From assembly GCA_039621445.1 (NCBI GenBank), contig CP154954.1:38611703-38675702 (forward strand): DNA of 64,000 nt. The letters run 5' to 3'. Position 1 is the first letter of the stretch. Every line of letters begins with the position of its first letter. The position numbers and the translations under genes were made by a program. Below, in pieces: positions 51,801-60,900 of the stretch. Source of the stretch: Euglena gracilis. Its lineage: Eukaryota. The notes beneath the pieces were generated by a model. The model worked only from the letters and a program-made list of their open reading frames with translations, made no database searches and was not told the origin of the DNA.

Positions 51801-51831
51801 TTTCTTGCGAAAGACTACCACTCGCGTCTGA
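29295..51831 (+). CDS. Dual-specificity protein phosphatase-like protein (euglenozoan type, probable pseudophosphatase) with long low-complexity P/Q/S-rich C-terminus; multi-exon
   Basis: Firm exons 29295-29507, 29558-29645, 29689-29833, 34822-34909, 40513-40617 and 40948-~41060 join in frame via GT-AG introns: MAGLLAVRIKDGIFVGN...KVSHIINCAA...ECVLVHSRDGTSRCCAVVVAYLMLKFGW...QPYFIRQLKTYAKR|HELEMDIF...DNEQWVLKNT|YFNSL...KKKKR|ITFIDT. Later phase-consistent exons: ~43710-43816, 43922-44034, 44241-~44323, ~45517-45708, 45908-46109, 46322-46436, 47260-47389, 47985-48128, 50019-~50094, and a last exon ending ...ESRLMKPTASFLRKTTTRV* at 51831. Exons between 41.1 and 43.7 kb and the final junctions are uncertain. 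Confidence 0.85.
33396..34056 (+). mobile_element. CAG(G)n-terminated element filled with TTTTCCGCA tandem repeats
   Basis: 23-bp TIR CAGGGGGGGGGAATTATGCGGTC; 7-bp flanking direct repeat CTAGCTA. Confidence 0.82.
35343..35854 (+). mobile_element. hAT-like MITE family B
   Basis: TIR CAGGGAATTTCTTAAG; perfect TSD ATGGCGCT. Confidence 0.95.
35983..36467 (+). mobile_element. hAT-like MITE family B, independent second insertion
   Basis: Same TIR and body as 35343-35854 but its own perfect TSD TATGTGAT. Confidence 0.95.
36914..37444 (+). mobile_element. hAT-like MITE family A
   Basis: CAGG...CCTG TIRs; TSD GATGGGAG/GATAGGAG (7/8). Confidence 0.88.
38053..38414 (-). mobile_element. hAT-like MITE family E
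   Basis: Reverse-orientation homolog of 11516-11950; perfect TSD GCCCTCTA. Confidence 0.9.
38892..39182 (+). mobile_element. hAT-like MITE family C
   Basis: CAGGGATTTTTTTAAG...CTTAAAAAAACCCCTG; perfect TSD GCTCAGAT. Confidence 0.9.
39815..39890. repeat. (TA)n microsatellite
   Basis: Directly visible. Confidence 0.95.
39947..40217 (+). mobile_element. hAT-like MITE family C with duplicated 5' end
   Basis: Homologous to 38892-39182; TSD TCGGAAAC/GCGGAAAC (7/8). Confidence 0.8.
43817..43921 (+). other. Non-canonical (euglenid nonconventional-type) hairpin intron, 105 nt
   Basis: C|gccCTGGCCCCATTC...GAATGGCGCCAGaccgt|AG; 11/12-bp stem; removal converts an in-frame TAG to CAG within a poly-Q tract. 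Confidence 0.8.
46437..47259 (+). other. Non-canonical hairpin intron, 823 nt
   Basis: C|atcTGTGTCCCCA...TGGGGACACAccccc|G; 10-bp perfect stem; in-frame join KRLA|PRKLPTSP. Confidence 0.65.
48498..48973 (+). mobile_element. hAT-like MITE with CAT...ATG termini
   Basis: TIR CATACATCTCTCTAAG...CTTAAAGAGATGTATG; perfect TSD GTTTGTGC. Confidence 0.92.
50323..50766 (+). mobile_element. hAT-like MITE family A
   Basis: Perfect 17-bp TIR CAGGCATTTGCTTAAGG; perfect TSD GTTGTCGC. Confidence 0.95.
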
Positions 51832-54340
51832 CCCCCCTGTCCCCTGGCCGCAATCGGACGATGGCACTGGTGAGAGGAAGAAGTAGCACGCATCTTTTTA
51901 TTTGAAAAGAAATTGACAAGTGTCAGATGAAAGGACAGTTGCCCCCGTTTTCTGCATTTGGTCTTGAGGGCATCGGAAAGGCCCATTCCCATCCTAAACA
52001 GCAATTTCTCCCCAACGCACACAACACAACACAAATACACTCACCCACCCACACCCACCCACCAGACAACAAATCATGTGCACAAGAGTGTGAGGTGTGT
52101 GTCTGTATGCATGTGTGTTTTTTTGTGCCCTGTGTGTTGTGGTGTGTGTGTGCGCGCGCGTGTGTGTTTGTTGGGTGTTGGGTGGAAACATTTTTTGGTG
52201 TTGACACCCCAGGGCCAGTGCTCCCATTTTACGGTGCTTTAACCTCGCCAAGTTGGCATGCTGCCTTTCATTTCGCTGTCATGCATCGAGGCAGGGTGAC
52301 TGAGGTGGGTCGTTGGTGCCGGGTAGCACTCTGGGCAGGACCGCAGGACTTTTTTTTGAAGTTTGTTTTTGTTTGGGAGTCCAATGGGTTCAAACCTTTC
52401 CCCAATCACCCTTTCCCCGGTCCCCTTGTTGTGGGACCTGTGCCGCCAGTTTCGCATGTGTGTCGCCTTCAGATCCCCCACCCCGACGGCCCCCCCACGC
52501 AGGAGGCATCCGTGTGGTGTTTTTTCCCCTCCCGGCTCTTCCTGTTGGTGTCCAAAAGTCCGGACTCACAAAAAGACGAAAGTTTGCGGCGCAGATCCAT
52601 GCCACCCCTTCCGTGTCCTCCAAGCAACTCCAAGTTTGCAGTTCCGCAGTTGCACGCGGTGCGACACCAACGGTTTGTGCCCGAATTCCGGCGTGGAGCG
52701 GCAATGAGGTTCCTGGCCACGGCCGGGACACCGGCTGCCCCCTGGCCCCCTCCCGTCACGACGCATGTCTGTGCATGGCCGCTGCCTCCGTAGCACTGGG
52801 CTGCCCCACTACTGCTCGCGCAGCTTGGCTCTGCTACGCCCCTCATTCCGCCCACCCCGTTCCTGCCCTCCCACCCGAACCTTAGAGTGACCTGGTCCTT
52901 CCCTTATTTGTATTGCGGTTTGCCTTGCAGAGGGTTGAAGAGGTGATTGCTCTGCGGACAAAAATTCCGGGAGGCAAAAACAAATGAATTTTTTTCCCGG
53001 TAGTTTTTGTCCAATGCACCTTTCCCACTCTTTGCTCTTGGCTCTTTGCGAGAGCCACTCTCAGAGGTAGTCAGATTCCATACACAATGAGATGGGGTTC
53101 TGCAATGTTGTCAATTCTTGGGGTTCATTTTGAAATGAAAAAATTCAAAATACAACACCATATTTATATTTTTTTCGGAGTTTTGAGTTGATTTTTGCTT
53201 ATAAATCTTCATAGCAACTTGAGATAACAATCACCATTCTCCCTAAAATTTTGAGGTTTCCCATACATTTTTTTTTCCAACCTGATACTTTTCTCATATT
53301 TTTGCACCTTCATATTTTCCTGTAATTTTTGTCTGCACTGTATTTAGTTTTTCGCTTAATAACATTTCTTTTGGCGGTGGGGGGTCCCATTTTCTCAGGG
53401 GTGTTCTCTGCAAACTTTCGGGTTGGCCTCGTCAGGTCCATCTCACCTCCTCCCCGAAGGATGCCTCAAATGGCGAGCACTCATGCTTTTCATGCTGGAA
53501 CACATTTGTGCAGTCAATTTCTTGAAGTGTGAGCCACAGCCATTGGTTGGTGCTTTAATTTCAAGGTGTATCCACAAGGGGACAGCCTGGAAAACACAGA
53601 GATGTTATGGCCATGTATGGATGACACCAGAGCGGGGGGGGGGGAAATGGGTCTTTTTTATGTTTCTTTTTTTTTATTTGGCGAAATTTGTGTTTTTTGT
53701 GGTTTTTTTAAACTTTTTTGTGTTTTTTCCCCAGTGATTTTTGTATTTTTTGTTGCCTATTTTTTGCTCTGAAAAAATCCTCATTTTGGCCTCGATTTCC
53801 CTCGAGACCTAAAATTTTGTCAATTTTTTCCAGCATTTTTGCACTTTTTGGACAACAAAATGTTTTTCTAAGTCCTCTTTTTTTCAGCGCCAAAGGCGCC
53901 AATTTTTTTTCTTTCAAAAAGGTGCTATTTTTGGTATTTTCTTGCATTTTTTTTGGCCATTTTTCAGGGAAAAGTGAGTGACGGGTCCCCCGGCCTCCCT
54001 CCCCAGGGGGTGGGTGGGTGGGGTCTAAACCCCCGTTTTTCCCCCCCCCCCCCCCGCATCAGAGCCTGTATTCAGGCATTAATTTCAGCCAAAAATTCTC
54101 AGATAAATTTATTTTTTTAGTTGAGTTAAAAAGAATTTTAATTTAAGTTTTTTTTAAAAATGTTTTAAGGTATTTTAAGTTTTTTGAGCTTTCAATTTTC
54201 CAAAGGCCGGGCCGCCTTTCTGGGCCACCTGGTTATCGAATGGGGTCCAACATAAAAAAGGTCAAAGAACTCATTTCTTGAGTTTGGGTGGATAGGCAAT
54301 GTTCCAGCGATGTCAGAAAGGCATTTTGGCCAAAAATTTT

Positions 54341-54512
54341 CAGGTACAGGTATAAGGTATATACACACACACATACATATATAGGTGTGTATACACACAT
54401 ATATAGGTATATATATACAGGTACAAGGTATAGGATTTTTAAGGTATAAGGTAGAGGTATAGGTTTTTTAAGGTATAAGGTGTAGGTATAGGTTTTAGGT
54501 ATTTTTAAGGTA
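54341..54512. repeat. (AGGTAT)-type simple repeat
   Basis: Degenerate tandem AGGTAT/AGGTAC units. Confidence 0.8.
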
Positions 54513-55168
54513 ATTAAAGATTTTTTCAAGGCGCCTTGACAAAATAATGCAGGCTGCATTTGACTGCAACATTTCATCAATGAGGTTGCATCCCAGTGAA
54601 GAAGGCAGACAAGTGCGATGTCAGGTGCGAGCTCATCAAAGTCATTCCATTTCCTCCACCAGGGGGGCCGACCACCAGAGGACCCATCCTTGCATTAACC
54701 CCCCTGCAACGATCTTTGCCCCCTGCAACGTTATTTGGGCAGTACCCAAAACCATCAATGGACCGATTGCAAACGTTTCCAAAAGAAATTTGTTGACATA
54801 AGCTGTTCACAAACATTTATTGCATAATTTTAATGCACCATTTCATCAAATACCAGGGCATTGTGGCAGTTCGGATGATTCCTTGCGCCACCACCGCCTG
54901 ATTTCCCAAACAGATGCATGATTTCTCACCGGTTTTCCTTGCGAAGGGGGCAAAGGTATTTGGCCCGACCATTCTCGGCCTTCCCCCTGCCAAGTTGTTC
55001 GGGCACACAATGCTTTAGGGCAGTGCAAAGTTGTTTTGGAGAGGTTTAGGGGGAGGGGGCACGGACCCGCCCAGTGGCCTGGCCGTTTCCGCCTCCCGCG
55101 CCGTGTGTTGCCGCGGCCCCCTGTTTGCCGCAGGGCTCAACCTCGAGGGAGCCCTCCGTTCCCCCGCC

Positions 55169-57803
55169 ATGCCCGGCCGCCTGCTGCCAGCCATCACACA
55201 GCCCGAGGGCACCGCGGCCCCGGGTCGCTGGGCGCTGCTGGGGCCCCTGGGCCTTTGCCTGGTGGCCGGGCTGGTCGGCTCCGCCCTCCTGACCGGACAG
55301 CGCATGCCTCCCATCAGTGCTTTTCCAAAGAAAAAAGCCTCAAAAAACCTGTCCCCCACCCATGGAAAGCGCCACCTCCCTCTTTTTGTTGTACCTCCCC
55401 CCCCCCATGCCCAATGAACACCCTTGCCCAATGAACAGGGGGTGTTCGGACCGTCTAGATTGTCACCATATACCCTATCTACACAGAAACCGTACCCAAA
55501 GCCCAATGAACACCCCCCGTTCGGACCGTCTGGATTGTCACCTTAGTGTTCATTGGGCTTGGGGGGGGAGGTACCTCCCTCGCGTGTCAACATTTCAGCA
55601 CAATTCCTGGCATATTTGCATTTTTTTGTTTTTTGATCTGGCCTCATCACACCGAATGCTTTTCTCCTCCGTCTTGATGATTTGGCGGAAAAGTCAATTG
55701 GCACCAAGAGTCAATTGGCACCAATTGCAATGCTGCGCTTGTTGCACAATTTCATCCTGGAAAACAAAACAGACGAACAAGGCTGGTGGCCACTCCGGGG
55801 GCCGAACTCACACGTTCAACACCGCAGCGACACACTGATGCCGCCGACCGAGCACTTTGTTCGCGTGGCCCCTGTCACCCAACCCACGGCCGTGGTCGCC
55901 GCCGTCCCCCCTCGGCTGCGAGATGCGGTGGCCCAGGGACCAACAGCACTGGCGGGGTTTCTGAAGGACGCTGACGTGCCCACCGTCCAGTCTCAGGTTT
56001 TTTTGTCTGTGTTGGATGCGGTACATGTGCATTCATTAAACCTCTGCTGCCTGGCCCCCAGATTCTGGAGTAGGTGGGTTTGGGCATTCTGGGTTCTGGT
56101 GGGGGGGGATGTCTCTGCCCGTGGTCCAGATGCCCAAGCAGCCATTTACGTGTACCATTTATCATACCATTTGTTTGCCATTTATTTGTGCCATTTATCC
56201 GTGACTCACGGTTATTGGCCACAGACCCTCCTGGCCAACCCCTAGGGGAGTGAGACAGGAATTTTTCTTGGAGATACAGCCGAAATCTATGGTATGCGAT
56301 TTTTGGATAAGTTTGTGTTGTGTAGTTTTTGTTGACCCCCCCTCCACAAAGGGTTGGAGTGATGGACTGGATCTCAGAGAAGACTGGTCTTTGAAAGTGA
56401 AGAATGACCCTGTCCCCATTGATATGCCCCCCCCCCCAGACAAGAAGGGGGGCACAAACCACACCGCCAGTTTTTGTACCAAACCTTTTGGCACAGCCGT
56501 ATATGAACTGGGTGAGGATTGGTAATTTTCCATGGGCCAAAATCTACCTGCCAAAAAGTGCCACCAACCCCCGGGACCAGGTCACCTGGGTTCCCCACCC
56601 CCCAAAACCCCATTATCACTGGAACCACTGCTGGTTAACAACCCCGAATAGTGAAATTTTGGCAATTTTTCGGCATAAATCGGGGCGGGGGGGGGGGCGT
56701 GATTTTCAGGGCCAGGTTGCCTCAATGCCAGGAAACGGGGGGACCCCCCTAAGGTATCAAAAGCGCACGAAACCTTCTTCGGACCTGGACTGCCATTGCT
56801 TTGCCCTTGACTCAGCTGACCGCTGTCCCTTCTGTTCTTTTTTTTGCAGCACAGCGACTCGCCCCACGCGTTGGGCTCCTTTGCGATGGTGGCCCTCGGC
56901 AGTGCAGTGGCTTTCGTGTGGGGACAATGCCATCCGGAATGATGTCCCCGATTGTTGTCTTTCCCGCCGCCTCCCAAGGTTGGAAAGTGGTCATGCCAGC
57001 ACTTGCCATCATGCAATCAGGCTTTTGCTTAAGGGATTGCAGTACCCCCCCCCCCCGGGGGGGGGCTGGACTGCAGCTAGTCCAAATTTGGCCAGTGGGA
57101 TTTCTAGCAGACCCCCCCCGGGGGGGGTCTGCTAGCAGGGCTAGCTAGTGGAAATTTTTTTCCCAGTGACCGGCGCGAAGCGCCGAAATTTTTTTTTGGG
57201 ACCCCCAAAATGGCCAAAAATGCCCGTTTTTGGCCATTTTTGTGAATTTTTGGAACAAAATCAGCCAAAAACCTGTTAAAAACCTCATTTTTCCTCCGGC
57301 GCTGCGCGCCGGAGGAAAATTTTTTTTCCAGTCCGGGGGACCCCCGGACCCCCCCGGGGGGAGGGGGGTCTAGCTAGTCCACCTTTTCCAGTGTCTAGCC
57401 GATTGGCTAGCCAGTACCCCCCCCCGGGGTCCTTAAGCAAAAGCCTGCATGCAATGCAGGGCGTCCCCCCCCCCTGTGCGCCACAGGGCCGTTTGACACA
57501 GCTGGAGTTTTAATCTGCATGCTTGAATCACAGTGCTTCAAAATGAAACACAAAAGGTGTTCTGAAGTGCAAACAACACAAAAATTTTTGTGGTATGTTT
57601 ACTGACTGAAAGTCTAGTTTGGATGCGTGGCTGCCTTTCCAACATTTCCCGGTGGCATGGCGGTGATATCTCTTGGGACGCAAGCGACCTCAACCACTAC
57701 CCATGGCGATGGCCTCCGTCGGCGATGAAGGTGTGTGGTTTGACTTTCCATTTATTATTGTTTATTATTTCTATTTATTATTTATTATTTATTACTTGTT
57801 ATT

Positions 57804-57870
<67 letters not shown>

Positions 57871-57897
57871 TTTTATTATTTTTTTATGTATTTATTT

Positions 57898-57937
<40 letters not shown>

Positions 57938-60900
57938 CTTATTTATTATTTTTTCTTGTTGGAAAAGTCAGAGGAAACAAATTTGCCATTTTGGTTGTGA
58001 ATTCTGGACAACGTTTTCCAGTGGTTATGTCCCCACTCCCTCTTGATGCGTTTCTTTGGACCTCTTCCCCATTCTTTCCTCTGTTTCTCTGCCTGCCTCC
58101 GGCGTTGGCGTTCTGCAAACCTTCTGGCTCTCTCATCTTTTCTTCAGATGAAGGGCCGATGGCCGTGTGAACTTAGTGGGGGGAAGGAACCAGTCACCCA
58201 TCTGCCCCCTCAGGGTTTTTTTTAATTTGGAGACTTTGATTTTGATTTTTAATTTGGGGACTCACCCCCCCCCCTGGGGCGGGTGAGTCCCCCCCAAGGT
58301 AGTCAGCCAGATAGTCCCTCGCTCAGAGGCGGGGTTTTGGCTTTTTTTTGGCACAAGGTGCCGATCTTTTTGACCCCAAAATGGGTCCCCACACTGGCAG
58401 GGGGCACCCCCCTGCCCCTGAGTGGGTGGGGGAAGCCAGTTTGTAAAAAAATAAACACTGGCCCAACGCCCGTCTTTGCCAGAGAACCGCAGCGAGTGGG
58501 ACAAGCGGGTGTCGGTGCTGGACCAGGGAGCGCCAGGTGTGCTCCCCTCCGGGGGACGCCCTCGGGCGCTATTTGCGATGCGGCCGAACCAGAGAACCAC
58601 CCGATTGCCGACATCCCCACCTCGCAGAAGAGGCACCTTCAGGGGCGAACCTTGCAGATATTTCTTGCAGATATTCCCACATTTTCCACACAAGCAGTTT
58701 TGTTCATTTGTGGGATTTTTGTTTCCAACAGGATTCCGCTTTTAAATGGCAGGTATTTTGGACGCCCAAAAAAATCACTTCGGGGTTTGCTTCTCCCGGG
58801 CACTGCCCCTGGGGGGAGCACCTGTGCCCGCCCAGGCATTCTAGGGTACTCAAGCCCCCCCCCCCCGAGGTTGATCAAATTTGTTTAGCCTGTCATCGTC
58901 ACCGCAGCATTCCTTCCAAATAGCTGGAAACTGGCAAACTTGGGCATTGAAGTGGGATAAAAAGCGAGAAAGGAACAAAACCATGAAAATAATTGCGTGG
59001 TGTGGAAACGTTAAGTAATAATCCTATGTGGACTTGGAAAACAGCATTGTGGTTTTGGCATGCATTTGGGGGAATCAGAGCTCTGCGGTTGGCAGCGTGC
59101 AAAAATGTGGAGGAAACCATCGAGCTTCATCGACCACGGGAAAGTATCAGGACAAAGTCCAAAAGCAAGAGAATGCATGGCTTTGTATATTTGCCCTCTT
59201 GTTCCTCAGACACCCGCCATGTGTCGGAGGCAGATTTTGGGAATCTGCTGGTCAAGTTCGTCCAAGAACGTTTTGGGGAGGAGCAGACCAAGCGAATTGT
59301 TGACTCTTTCCGTCGGGTGTGTACTGTTACTCACTGCCCACCTTTTTTAAACACTCCGCATAATTCCTTTTTGTTTATTTGTCATATTTTTTGGTGGCAT
59401 TTAGTCAGAAATGGACATGGCTCAAATTATTATTATACATTTACAATAAATGATTTGCAGTAAATAATAATAATAATAAATGGCAAATAATCAGATATAT
59501 TCATTGCATGAACAGGGTGGTTCTCAGGCGGCCGGCTTCGCGTTTTCGTGTTGGTTTGTGCATTTGCGCAAATCAACACGGAAAAAAATTGGCAGTGTGA
59601 CTACGGGGAGTCGCAGGCATGACACAGTGACCAGCGAGTGGAAATAATGAGTAAGCTGCGTAAATTATGGCGGGTGTAACCCCAGGTATTTTGGCGAAAT
59701 ATGGTGTTTTTTGGGGGGGGTCTGGAAATGGGCTCCGCATCTCAAAACTCCCGGGACTTTCCTCCCCGGAATGACAAAAATGCAAAAAAAAAAAAAGAGG
59801 CAAAGGAATGGGACTTTTACCCCCTTCTTGCTCCTTTTATTTAGTGTTATGTGTTTGGTGTGTTTTGCAAAGTGCGGGGAGGGGATGCTGGGGCCTGTGG
59901 GTGTGGTGTGACCAAGCTGGCGGGAAGGACGTAGAGCAAGGAAGGTAAGTGCAGGGTATTTAGCAAGGGATGGGCAGGGGGGGAAGAAATGGGGTGCGCA
60001 GGACGGGCGTTCCCACACAACTTGTGTCCGGGATACCATTGCTTTTCACCTGTCCCACGGGGGTGCCTGACTGGTTTTTGTGAGTGACCCCCCTCCCCCC
60101 TGGGGGGGTCGCTCAGCAATGGTATGATCCGCACAACCAGTTTTGTCACAAAGAACCCGGAAGAAGAAGCACAACCTTTGAAGAGCAAAATTTATTAGTG
60201 GGTGTGAATGCACACACAAACAAATTTTGTTCGTGCGAGCTTTCACGCCCATGAACACAATTTTGTTCATGGACGCCTGTGAACTGACGCCGTCGATAAA
60301 CGGCATGACGAAGGGGCCGTGACAGCACGGCGCCAAAAACATATTTTGGGGGGTTTGTCACACCGTTTATCGACGACGTCAGTTCATGGGCGCCAAGGCG
60401 CTCACAAGTATTTGTTTGTGCGCGCATTTGCGCCCACAAACAAAATTTGTTCATGGATTCTGAATGGTCGACACATGGTGTGACAAAATACACAGCCATC
60501 AAATGCGGGTGAATCGCTGAAGCGCGCATCACGTTTTGTTCGTGAGCACCATGCCCCAAAATGAACCAGTTGCAGAAAATCACAAGGGGTCCATTTGCGC
60601 CTGAGCCCCACACGAACAATGTCCCTTCGTTGTTCTGTTTTCCACCAAGGGTCCGCCCGTTGTTTCGCCCCTGTTCCGCACCGTGCCCCCTTGTGTGCCA
60701 GACGGAGCGGGGCGAGGAGTTCCGCCAGCGGTTCGGCCCGCACCCGTTCATGGAGCAGATCGCCAGCTCATACATCGCAGGACTGGCCAGGACTCCGGAG
60801 AACCTGTTGTGTGGTTTAGACTGGCGGCGCCGCGGCCGACGGTTTTGTGCGCTGCGGCCAATGCCACACCGGAATTCATTTGCGCCACGACCGGTGCCGA

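Noticed and set aside
51927-52885. 288-aa ORF downstream of the phosphatase-like gene
   Set aside because: Includes CA/TG microsatellite translation and has no recognisable domain; more likely 3'UTR or intergenic.
57590-58170. Hydrophobic YLFI-repeat ORFs
   Set aside because: Translation of the (TTTA)n microsatellite.
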